Position numbers and translations under genes: made by a program. Of a stretch of 64,000 nt of DNA, positions 8,992-18,150 are shown piece after piece. The notes beneath the pieces were generated by a model. That model ran no database searches. It worked only from the letters and a program-made list of their open reading frames with translations, and was not told the DNA's origin. Source of the DNA: Candidatus Nomurabacteria bacterium (lineage in GTDB: Bacteria > Patescibacteriota > Saccharimonadia > JAGOAT01); assembly GCA_020639315.1 (NCBI GenBank), contig JACKGM010000001.1, positions 225,878 to 289,877 on the forward strand. Direction: 5' to 3'. How positions within the stretch are numbered: position 1 is the first letter of the stretch; the number at the start of each line of letters is the position of its first letter.

Positions 8992-11900
8992 ATGGAAGAA
9001 AATAATAACAATCAAGTAGGAGCAAAAGCTAGAAAGCCAAGATTTACTCATTGGGTTCGTTCGGAGTGGCTGATTGCTGGGCTACTATTTGTGATTGGGT
9101 TGGGACTGTTCGCCTACCAAGGTAACAAACCAGAACAAATTACCGAGCAACCAGAACCAACTACTGTCCTGGAAGAAGGACAAGTCGCTATAGTCGGAGA
9201 CGAAATCCTGACCGAAGAAACCCTAGCAGGTTATGTTGAATACAATCAGATAGATCGAAATCAGGCAATCGATCAATGGGTGGATCTCAAGCGGATGCAA
9301 ATAGCAGCTGAACAGGTTGGGTTGGATCTAGTGACGGGATACACAACCCGAGTCGGGGATTACCCAGGAAGCTTTGATGATCGAGATATCGAGCTAGAAA
9401 ACCAGTTTTACAAAGAGGCATTGAGCGCAGAATTGGCAAGACAGCAAGCCGGTAAGCCAGTTGGTGGGGTAATGGTCTGGAATTTTATCAAATTGGGTAA
9501 TTCTGGTCAGTACGAGGTAGATCAAGAGACCAAAGACTATGCTTTTGCCCAAGCTAAAGACTATAAGTCAAGACTAGAATCGGGCGAAATCAAAATAGTG
9601 GATGCGGTTGCTGAGCAGTCACTTGATCCTAGAGTTAAGTTTCCGACTGTTGGTAGTATATCAGCAAGTTTTGGCTACTACCCAGATCAAGAGCTGGTAG
9701 ATACTCTAAGGTTTAATAGCAAAGAGGTATTTGATACAATTGGCTCTCAAGATATAGCTGGTATTAGTGAGATACTGACCTATTCAACCAGTCAATACCA
9801 AGAGAAGGATGGCAATATTGATGCTGGATATTACTTATACTATCTAGACAAAGCTAACCCAGCTAGACCCCAGATAGAGGAAGAATACAACAAGGCAGAT
9901 CAAGAGATTACAGTAACCATCAAGGATCGTGAGTCCCAAGAGACTGAAGCAGTGTCTTGGATCAGTGCCTTGGCACCAATAGCAGAAGCGGCAGATGCCA
10001 ATGGGATACCAACTCAGCAAGAACTCCATTGGCTTGTTCATTCCAACCCTACAGCTGCAGCTGCAGATTATGGAGTGGATCCAACAGTGTTAAACTTTGC
10101 CTTATATTTTGGGGTAGTGACTCTGGATGGTCAACTATATGATAGCGAGGTTCAATGGAAAATCGAAGGCTATCTTCCAGATCCGGAATATAAATATAAG
10201 GGTACTGATGTTTTAGAATGTCCGGACTGTGATGCTAGAATTTTCGGCGATGCTAGGAGTTTTGTCGCTCCCGACCCAAACAATATGTACCCGCCAGGGT
10301 ATGACCTGGGTCTACCTAGAATTGGTAATTCTGTCTCTACCACTACCTCGGATGGTAATTTTGACCTATTAAGAAATGACGGGTTAGTAATGGACTGCTT
10401 TGGGGCTGTCGCCCAGATCAAGGTGACGGCTACTATCCCAGCTATTGGTAAATCGATCACTACACCAGCTAGTGGTTTTAGAAATATTCTGAATACTACT
10501 ATTACTTATGATCGTTTTGACTTTACTTCTGATCCTGAGCCAGAAGAACCTGAACCAGCCGGGGACGCCGAGGTTGAGATCAAAAAATGGGTAATCAACG
10601 AGACAGAGACACCTGGTCAACCTCAAGATGCCAATACGGCTGATCGGGCAGTCAAGTTTGGTCCTGGTGAGTCTATTACCTATAAAATATCTGTTCAAAA
10701 TATCAGCCAGTATCAGGCAATCAATGTCCGTGTGACTGACAATGATTTGCCTACTCAGTATGCGGATTTTTCAGGCTGGAACGGGACTTGGTATGTCGGC
10801 AATTTGTCCCCAGGTACATATAAGAAGATTGAGATTAAGGGTACAATCAAGACTGAGTTTCAGGACTATGATTATTATACCAATACGGCTAGAGTGGATT
10901 ATCAATACAAGGTGCCTTGTACTGCTCAGGAAAAGTTGATACACGATATACCATATATATTAGCAAGCACATCGCCACCCCCTTGTCCCGATAAAATCCT
11001 ATCAGGTAGCGACGATGACCCAGCCAATATCAAGCCAAAATATGCTGATCTCAAGATCGTCAAGACCACCTATGACACTGACAATCAGACTGCCTATAAG
11101 GGCAAGCCAATCAAGTGGCGGATTAGTGTGACCAATAATGGCCCGGATTCAGCAGTTAGCCTAGTCAACGACCGTGGAGCAATTGTTCAAGACCGAGTAC
11201 CAGTCGAGAGTCTCCAGGGTGAAACAGCAAAATGGTATTGTAATCCCACAAACTATTGTCAACCCAATTCTGGTATAGTTACTAGAGCCAACCCAGTAAT
11301 TAAGACAGAAGTTTTTCTCAAGAATAGCTATGCCACGGTCGATATATTTATAGAGGGGGTAGTCGGTCCATATATCGATGGGGGTAGCAATGTCGAGACT
11401 ATTCCTACTCTTGAGATTTGTAACCCATCCAATGATTTGCTCGAAGTAGTCAGCGATACCTATGTACCATGGGACCCCAATGAAGAAGACAATACCTATG
11501 AACGCTCCTGTGTGCCGGTAGTGGTTTGTTATGACGAGGACGGTAATCAGCTGACCAATTATCCCGGTGTTCCCTTCCCTGATGAATATGTTCATATGGT
11601 CGGTGTGGACAATGAAGGAGATGACCTCTACAATCCAGATAATAGCAACCAAGTCTTTGATCTTAATGGCTATGATATTATCTGCCGATTGCCGGATCCA
11701 CCTCCCAAGGAACCGGGGACTAAGGTTTGTGATGTGATTGGATTTTATGAGGACGAAAAAGGCAACAAGACTGAGATCGAAGTCCATAGGGACTTATTCC
11801 AGGGGAGTGCCGCTGGTGCCGATACCACTGCGGTCGGCCACTATACTTTTGAGATTAGTTGCTATGAGACTACGGAGAGCCCGACTCATTCTAGTATCGA

Positions 11901-12921
11901 GTTTGAAGTCATCCGCCGTCTCTTCGGTCCCTACTTCGCGATCGAAGATGGTTCAGCCACAGTGCTCGGGGAAATAGTCAAAGGTGTCTATCCTGAAGAC
12001 AATGACCTAGACATCACTCGTCATACCCACATCCTGACCGCCACCAATGAAATCTCTTCAATCTTCTGCTCACTAACCGAGATCATGGCAGCCGGAGAGA
12101 GTGTAGACTGTACTAGTCCTAGTGACCTAGCTGGAGCCGGATACCCAATCCGTCTAGACGGAGGTAGCAAGGACAACTTTGTCAATGTACTTGACTCAAT
12201 AGAGAGTCTAATCGCAGAACCAGACTCCTCCCCCTATGAAGTAGTTACTATTAACAACCTAAACCAAATCCCCCTTGACCTCAGTGATGGTAAGAGCCCA
12301 GACTTCGAACCTGATCCCAACTCCACCACTACCCCAGTCCCTTACCCCACCCTCTATGTCTATGATGGAGATCTAGAGATCTCAGCTAGTCAAGCTATGC
12401 ACTACAATGCAGGTCTAGCTACTATCTACGTCAGGGGTAATGTCTACATCAATGGAGACATCATCAGAGATGACAATACAGTGATAGAAGACATAGATGA
12501 GTATCCCAACCTAGGTATTATCTCTACTGGCAATATCTACATCAGACCAGACACCTCCAAATCAGTAGAGACTCCCCAAGTAATTGACGCCAGTCTCTTC
12601 GCCCAAGGTATGATCGAAACAGCCTACCGTCAAACCACTCAAACCCCAATCCCCGAATACTATACCAACCAACCCCTAATCTTCCATGGTACAGTAGCCT
12701 CCAAGGGAGATGAGAGTGTCCCAGGAGTCAAAGACCCAATCACCAATCAAGTCTATGCCTTCAAACTAAACAGGACCAATGTCTCAGTCACCCTAGGACA
12801 AGACTGTAACAATACTCAAGTCTCTGAATGCTTTGCACCAGACAACTCAATCTTTATTGCTACTCCTCCGGGGTTTGAGGATCGGTTGGGGGAACTAAAT
12901 AGTGATGAGATAGTATATTAG
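8992..12921 (+). CDS. Giant modular surface protein paralog 1 (1309 aa). It has an N-terminal TM anchor, DUF11-like 'conserved repeat domain' modules, and the shared ~330-aa C-terminal beta-helix-like domain.
   Basis: ATG with GGAGGG RBS. TM helix WLIAGLLFVIGLGLFAY. DUF11-like motifs VKFGPGESITYKISVQNISQYQAINVRVTDNDLP and GKPIKWRISVTNNGPDSAVSLVND. The 3' ~1 kb is near-identical to three downstream genes. Confidence 0.85.
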   Translation: MEENNNNQVGAKARKPRFTHWVRSEWLIAGLLFVIGLGLFAYQGNKPEQITEQPEPTTVLEEGQVAIVGDEILTEETLAGYVEYNQIDRNQAIDQWVDLKRMQIAAEQVGLDLVTGYTTRVGDYPGSFDDRDIELENQFYKEALSAELARQQAGKPVGGVMVWNFIKLGNSGQYEVDQETKDYAFAQAKDYKSRLESGEIKIVDAVAEQSLDPRVKFPTVGSISASFGYYPDQELVDTLRFNSKEVFDTIGSQDIAGISEILTYSTSQYQEKDGNIDAGYYLYYLDKANPARPQIEEEYNKADQEITVTIKDRESQETEAVSWISALAPIAEAADANGIPTQQELHWLVHSNPTAAAADYGVDPTVLNFALYFGVVTLDGQLYDSEVQWKIEGYLPDPEYKYKGTDVLECPDCDARIFGDARSFVAPDPNNMYPPGYDLGLPRIGNSVSTTTSDGNFDLLRNDGLVMDCFGAVAQIKVTATIPAIGKSITTPASGFRNILNTTITYDRFDFTSDPEPEEPEPAGDAEVEIKKWVINETETPGQPQDANTADRAVKFGPGESITYKISVQNISQYQAINVRVTDNDLPTQYADFSGWNGTWYVGNLSPGTYKKIEIKGTIKTEFQDYDYYTNTARVDYQYKVPCTAQEKLIHDIPYILASTSPPPCPDKILSGSDDDPANIKPKYADLKIVKTTYDTDNQTAYKGKPIKWRISVTNNGPDSAVSLVNDRGAIVQDRVPVESLQGETAKWYCNPTNYCQPNSGIVTRANPVIKTEVFLKNSYATVDIFIEGVVGPYIDGGSNVETIPTLEICNPSNDLLEVVSDTYVPWDPNEEDNTYERSCVPVVVCYDEDGNQLTNYPGVPFPDEYVHMVGVDNEGDDLYNPDNSNQVFDLNGYDIICRLPDPPPKEPGTKVCDVIGFYEDEKGNKTEIEVHRDLFQGSAAGADTTAVGHYTFEISCYETTESPTHSSIEFEVIRRLFGPYFAIEDGSATVLGEIVKGVYPEDNDLDITRHTHILTATNEISSIFCSLTEIMAAGESVDCTSPSDLAGAGYPIRLDGGSKDNFVNVLDSIESLIAEPDSSPYEVVTINNLNQIPLDLSDGKSPDFEPDPNSTTTPVPYPTLYVYDGDLEISASQAMHYNAGLATIYVRGNVYINGDIIRDDNTVIEDIDEYPNLGIISTGNIYIRPDTSKSVETPQVIDASLFAQGMIETAYRQTTQTPIPEYYTNQPLIFHGTVASKGDESVPGVKDPITNQVYAFKLNRTNVSVTLGQDCNNTQVSECFAPDNSIFIATPPGFEDRLGELNSDEIVY
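11896..12892. repeat. Copy 1 of the ~1-kb near-identical 3' coding tract (EVIRRLFGPYFAIEDG...ATPPGFEDR) shared by four giant genes.
   Basis: Nucleotide strings are identical to 17118-18107, 24165-25152 and 32325-33315, apart from a handful of SNPs. Confidence 0.9.
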
Positions 12922-12982
12922 TATTGCTTATGGTAATATAAGGATATACTATATAGAAATGAATAGTTAAGGATGGAGGGAA

Positions 12983-15900
12983 ATGGACAAAGGTAATCGA
13001 CACGGTCATCATCGCAGTTTACTTGGATTGTTTGCTGGCAGTATGATGCTATTGCTACTTGCAGGAGTCTTCTTGATTGGCATTAGAATGCAACAAAACC
13101 AGTTGCCAGGAGGGATTGTCGCTCAGGTCGGTGACCAGAAGCTAGGTGAAGAGCAGTACAATGATTTGGTCAATGCTGGTCAAAATTATGGTAATGATGC
13201 CGAGACAGTCAAACAATCCTGGGAGGAGCTGAAGCGAATCGAGATTGCCAATAAGGAGATTGGTCTAGAAATACCAGACGAAAGTCTCAATCGACTGAGA
13301 GACGGGTTTGACCAGACCAACCTTGATACCAATATTGTTCTTCAAAAAAATCTTTACAAGGAGGCAACCGAGCTAGAGCTCAAACGCAAGTCGGAAGGAG
13401 AGTTTACGGGGGGAGTATTAGTCTTTGATGCTTTAGCTTTCACTGGAGACAGGATGGTGAGTGATCCAGATAAGTTAGCGGAGGCCAAGGCTTATGCCGA
13501 GGAAGTTCACCAGAAATTGGTCGATGGTACTTGGGATTTCGATCAGGCATATAGTGATCTAGTCGATGGGATTAAATTCAATTTCCCATCCTCACCGAAT
13601 AATAGTATTAAATTTTCCAAGGATAGTAGCTATACAGATTTAGAACAGGTTTATTATTATCAAGATCAAATTGTTGATTATCTCAAGCAGGGAAAAGAAG
13701 GGCTATCGGGTGTAATGGAGTATAAGTCTAATAATATCAACTCTGATGATACGGGAGAAGATACAACAGTAGGTTATTTTATAGCAGTAGTTGACAGTCA
13801 TACTTCCGCTCAATCAGATATTCAATCAAAGTACAATCAGCAGATTAGTTCTTTGACCCCTAATAATTACCTTGCCAAAATATTAAATTGGCTAGGTCAG
13901 TCAGCTGATGCCAATGTGATAACATATAATAACAGTTTATCTGGGGATAAACATAATATTAAAGGTGCCAACGACTTATTCGGTAATCTGGCAGGCAAAT
14001 ATAGAAACTTAAACGGGACTACATATAGCGGTCCAGTATTATGGACTGTTTCTTTGACTAAACAATCATCTCAGTTTTGGGATGCTAATACATCAAATGG
14101 TTTGAGGGGAAGTTTTAATCATAATGGCAAGGTCAACATGTTTAACTACAACAATGGATTGGTCAAAAGTGTCTTTGTTGATGTAAACAAATATAATTAC
14201 AAAGGTCTTACAATACCAACTACAAGTAATATATTTGATGAAGCAAGTGGATTTAACAATCCGGATTATTGTCAAGGAGTTTGCCCTTACTTGCCACCAG
14301 TAAATGCTGATAGTGCTGGGGCACCAAATAGCCTGGTCCTATTAACAAAGACTGGTGATATGAATATGTATCGTGATTTTGGTATTCGTTACCATTGTAA
14401 TGGGGGACAGACTAAGTTTATTGTGACTGCTAGGCCTGCTACTCCACAGAATATAGTTGCCAGTACGGTTGATGGAGGGAAAGTATTGGGTTTAACCGAT
14501 CATCTAATATCAAGGGTTTATGCAGAGGAAGCTGGATCTGGTGCAAGTGTAGGTGCCACTACTGACGCTGGAGTAGATGTAGTGTCAGGAGCAAACCAAC
14601 CTGGGCATCAGGGTGGTGGTAATCCCCCTACAGGTGAAGTAGCAGAGCCAAAACCTGGGCAAGAACCTCCCGAAGTTCCAGAGCCTGAAAACCCACTTCC
14701 ACCAGTTGAGCCACCAGTAATCAAGATGATCAAAGAAGTCAGAAACGCTAGTATTGAGGGCAGTGAATTCGTCGATGCCAATTTCGAGACATTGGAAGAA
14801 GCTAAGGCCAATGCTGAATCGGTCAGATTCCATCCCGGGGATACTATAGAGTACAAAATCACTGTCAACAATGAAGGTCCTGGTTTTGCTAGAGAAGTCA
14901 CAGTGACCGATGATGATTTGGCAGATTTTGCCGATTGGAATGAATTTGACGGGTATTTAGGGGATTTAGCAGAAGGGGAATCGAAAGAACTATTAATTAC
15001 TGGTAGGATTAAGTCAGATTATGATTTTAGTCAGGCTGCTGATTTGTACCAAAAGAATATCGCTAATACTACTTGCAAATATGATGGGCTAGCTGACAGC
15101 GTCAAGATTTTAGCCAATAGTGATTTAATATCCCAACTAACTAGTCAATTTGGAGTTGCACAAAATCAGATCGATGATTATTTAAATGAGAACGGATTAA
15201 CTGATAAGGTTAGTGGTGACCAGGACTGTCAGCCAGTCTCCGACCCAGCTCATATTTCACCAAAAGTAGTCGACCTCACCATACTCAAACAAGTAGCAAA
15301 CCTCACCGAAACCCCATTCCTCTCCCCAGGCACAAGTCCCTACTACCTCAGTGATGGTCCTATCTACTATGATGCAGATAGTATAGACAATGCAGTCTCC
15401 TTCGGTCCTAGTGAAGAGATAGAGTACCGTATAGAGATAATAAACAACGGTCCAGACGAAGCCACCTCTATCAGCTTCACTGATCCTGATCTCCCAGATG
15501 AGCTAGTAGACTGGGAGTCAGACGGCTGGATCAACGCTGAGACTGGTGAAACCGTATCCTCAGGAGATACCATCTTCCCAATCCCAGCCGAAGGAGCTCC
15601 GACTGAATTCCTCTGGCCTGAAGAGTCCAAGACGATTGATCCTGAGACCAAAGCAGAAACCACAGTCAACAATATCACTGAAGGTAAGAGAGTCAGAATA
15701 GTCCTAACCAAGAAAGGTAGAATCAAGAACGACCTAGCTAATACCGATTGGTTCCAGTCTAATACTGCTCACCAAAACACTGCAGAAGTCTCTACTATCA
15801 ATCCAGAAACCAACTATGACAACAATACCAACGATGCCTACATCGACCCCAAGGTCACAGACATCATCATCGGTAAAGTCGGTCAGACTGGTAATGACAC

Positions 15901-18136
15901 TGGTCTAGCAGGTAAAGAACTAACTTGGACGATTAGAGTAGTCAACAATGGCAAAGACTCAGCTATCTCTCTCGTAGACAATGGAGGAATCAAGCTAATC
16001 GACTACCTCAACCTCAAAGACACCTACAATGAAACAGTTACCTATCAATGTGTCCCTGCCTATGCCTGCAGTGTCCCAACCGGAGAAATCAACTCCACTG
16101 ACAATCCCGAAGGTATCCTAGACCTAGAACTCTACCTCGGCCCTGGCTTTGGAGACACCGAGCAAGTAGACTTCATCGATATCCTCTCAGATGAGGAGCT
16201 GTCAGCCAACCAAACCGACACTACCACCAACAACACCACCACCAACACTGACACCACCCAAACCACCAATACTGATCTAACCACCCTCCCCGTCTGTGAG
16301 ACTGGTAGATTCATCGGTATTAACAAGGCTACTGACACTACTACAGGCTTCAACCCCGATATCAACGAGGATGGCAATGGAGACCTCTATGTTCTCTTCA
16401 ATACCAATTGCTTTAGCTCCTACCCTGACCTCAGCCACTTCGAGCTAACAGACCTCTCCCTTAGCAGTGATGAAGTAGTCAACTACCTCACCCAGTATCA
16501 AGGTGGTAAAATTGCTTACTATCAAACCCCTACTCACCTAAACACCACCAATCAAGTAGACATCCAAATCACCGCTAGACTAGCTGACCATGTCACCTAT
16601 GGTGATGATGTCACTACTCAAGCAGTAGATGAGATCTGTAATCCTAGTGACAAGAACAACCCTGATCAAAAAGTCCATGTCGAAAAGACCGAAACCGTAG
16701 CCTGGGAATTGTCACTAGACAATAACACCGCTCCCCTAAGATGTATCCCAGTAATGCTCTGTTACAACGAAGATGGTCAAGCCTTAGCTAGCTATCCCGG
16801 TAAAGAAGGAGAAGACTTCTATCTCTCATTCGTCGGAGTAGACAATGAAGGTAACAAACTCTATGATCAATCTCTAGATGAACTAATCGCTAGAGATGAC
16901 TTAGCAGGACTAGATGTGATCTGTCGTAAGCCTACTACCTGTGAGCTTAAAGTAACGCGGACGATAGTACTAGCCAATGGTACAGAAGAAACCACTGATG
17001 TCGAAGTCACCGAACTATTTGATGGCTCAGCTGCTGGTGCTGATACCACTGACCTCGGATACTACAACTTTAGCCTAGAGTGTCAAAACCTCGAAGACGG
17101 ACAATCCCCCAACCTCACGATTGAAGTCATCCGCCGTCTCTTCGGTCCCTACTTCGCGATCGAAGATGGTTCAGCCACAGTGCTCGGGGAAATAGTCAAA
17201 GGTGTCTATCCTGAAGACAATGACCTAGACATCACTCGTCATACCCACATCCTGACCGCTACCAATGAAATCTCTTCAATCTTCTGCTCACTAACCGAGA
17301 TCATGGCAGCCGGAGAGAGTGTAGACTGTACTAGTCCTAGTGACCTAGCTGGAGCCGGATACCCAATCCGTCTAGACGGAGGTAGCAAGGACAACTTTGT
17401 CAATGTACTTGACTCAATAGAGAGTCTAATCGCAGAACCAGACTCCTCCCCCTATGAAGTAGTTACTATTAACAACCTAAACCAAATCCCCCTTGACCTC
17501 AGTGATGGTAAGAGCCCAGACTTCGAACCTGATCCCAACTCCACCACTACCCCAGTCCCTTACCCCACCCTCTATGTCTATGATGGAGATCTAGAGATCT
17601 CAGCTAGTCAAGCTATGCACTACAATGCAGGTCTAGCTACTATCTACGTCAGGGGTAATGTCTACATCAATGGAGACATCATCAGAGATGACAATACAGT
17701 GATAGAAGACATAGATGAGTATCCCAACCTAGGTATTATCTCTACTGGCAATATCTACATCAGACCAGACACCTCCAAATCAGTAGAGACTCCCCAAGTA
17801 ATTGACGCCAGTCTCTTCGCCCAAGGTATGATCGAAACAGCCTACCGTCAAACCACTCAAACCCCAATCCCCGAATACTATACCAACCAACCCCTAATCT
17901 TCCATGGTACAGTAGCCTCCAAGGGAGATGAGAGTGTCCCAGGAGTCAAAGACCCAATCACCAATCAAGTCTATGCCTTCAAACTAAACAGGACCAATGT
18001 CTCAGTCACCCTAGGACAAGACTGTAACAATACTCAAGTCTCTGAATGCTTTGCACCAGACAACTCAATCTTTATTGCTACTCCTCCGGGGTTTGAGGAT
18101 CGGTTGGGGGAGACTAATGGAGGGCTTAGCTACTAA
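12983..18136 (+). CDS. Giant modular surface protein paralog 2 (1717 aa). It has an N-terminal TM anchor, DUF11-like modules, a Thr/Asn-rich linker and the shared C-terminal domain.
   Basis: ATG with GGAGGG RBS. TM LLGLFAGSMMLLLLAGVFLIGI. DUF11-like motifs VRFHPGDTIEYKITVNNEGPGFAREVTVTDDDL and VSFGPSEEIEYRIEIINNGPDEATSISFTDPDLP. The last 2.9 kb is identical to tracts in the genes ending at 25163 and 33326. Confidence 0.85.
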   Translation: MDKGNRHGHHRSLLGLFAGSMMLLLLAGVFLIGIRMQQNQLPGGIVAQVGDQKLGEEQYNDLVNAGQNYGNDAETVKQSWEELKRIEIANKEIGLEIPDESLNRLRDGFDQTNLDTNIVLQKNLYKEATELELKRKSEGEFTGGVLVFDALAFTGDRMVSDPDKLAEAKAYAEEVHQKLVDGTWDFDQAYSDLVDGIKFNFPSSPNNSIKFSKDSSYTDLEQVYYYQDQIVDYLKQGKEGLSGVMEYKSNNINSDDTGEDTTVGYFIAVVDSHTSAQSDIQSKYNQQISSLTPNNYLAKILNWLGQSADANVITYNNSLSGDKHNIKGANDLFGNLAGKYRNLNGTTYSGPVLWTVSLTKQSSQFWDANTSNGLRGSFNHNGKVNMFNYNNGLVKSVFVDVNKYNYKGLTIPTTSNIFDEASGFNNPDYCQGVCPYLPPVNADSAGAPNSLVLLTKTGDMNMYRDFGIRYHCNGGQTKFIVTARPATPQNIVASTVDGGKVLGLTDHLISRVYAEEAGSGASVGATTDAGVDVVSGANQPGHQGGGNPPTGEVAEPKPGQEPPEVPEPENPLPPVEPPVIKMIKEVRNASIEGSEFVDANFETLEEAKANAESVRFHPGDTIEYKITVNNEGPGFAREVTVTDDDLADFADWNEFDGYLGDLAEGESKELLITGRIKSDYDFSQAADLYQKNIANTTCKYDGLADSVKILANSDLISQLTSQFGVAQNQIDDYLNENGLTDKVSGDQDCQPVSDPAHISPKVVDLTILKQVANLTETPFLSPGTSPYYLSDGPIYYDADSIDNAVSFGPSEEIEYRIEIINNGPDEATSISFTDPDLPDELVDWESDGWINAETGETVSSGDTIFPIPAEGAPTEFLWPEESKTIDPETKAETTVNNITEGKRVRIVLTKKGRIKNDLANTDWFQSNTAHQNTAEVSTINPETNYDNNTNDAYIDPKVTDIIIGKVGQTGNDTGLAGKELTWTIRVVNNGKDSAISLVDNGGIKLIDYLNLKDTYNETVTYQCVPAYACSVPTGEINSTDNPEGILDLELYLGPGFGDTEQVDFIDILSDEELSANQTDTTTNNTTTNTDTTQTTNTDLTTLPVCETGRFIGINKATDTTTGFNPDINEDGNGDLYVLFNTNCFSSYPDLSHFELTDLSLSSDEVVNYLTQYQGGKIAYYQTPTHLNTTNQVDIQITARLADHVTYGDDVTTQAVDEICNPSDKNNPDQKVHVEKTETVAWELSLDNNTAPLRCIPVMLCYNEDGQALASYPGKEGEDFYLSFVGVDNEGNKLYDQSLDELIARDDLAGLDVICRKPTTCELKVTRTIVLANGTEETTDVEVTELFDGSAAGADTTDLGYYNFSLECQNLEDGQSPNLTIEVIRRLFGPYFAIEDGSATVLGEIVKGVYPEDNDLDITRHTHILTATNEISSIFCSLTEIMAAGESVDCTSPSDLAGAGYPIRLDGGSKDNFVNVLDSIESLIAEPDSSPYEVVTINNLNQIPLDLSDGKSPDFEPDPNSTTTPVPYPTLYVYDGDLEISASQAMHYNAGLATIYVRGNVYINGDIIRDDNTVIEDIDEYPNLGIISTGNIYIRPDTSKSVETPQVIDASLFAQGMIETAYRQTTQTPIPEYYTNQPLIFHGTVASKGDESVPGVKDPITNQVYAFKLNRTNVSVTLGQDCNNTQVSECFAPDNSIFIATPPGFEDRLGETNGGLSY
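15265..18107. repeat. Copy 1 of the ~2.9-kb near-identical coding module (two DUF11-like domains, TN-rich linker, beta-rich domain and C-terminal domain).
   Basis: Matches 22215-25152 and 30385-33315 base for base, except for an in-frame ~81-nt shorter (ACC/AAC)-rich linker at about 16200-16265. Confidence 0.9.
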
Positions 18137-18150
18137 TATCTAGGTAAATA

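Noticed and set aside
11161-11787. 208-aa minus-strand ORF inside the giant gene at 8992, and a 200-aa minus-strand ORF 40147..40749 inside ftsK.
   Set aside because: They are fully antisense to strongly supported genes (DUF11 modules and FtsK motor). Their translations are low-complexity and show no motifs, so they are treated as chance ORFs.
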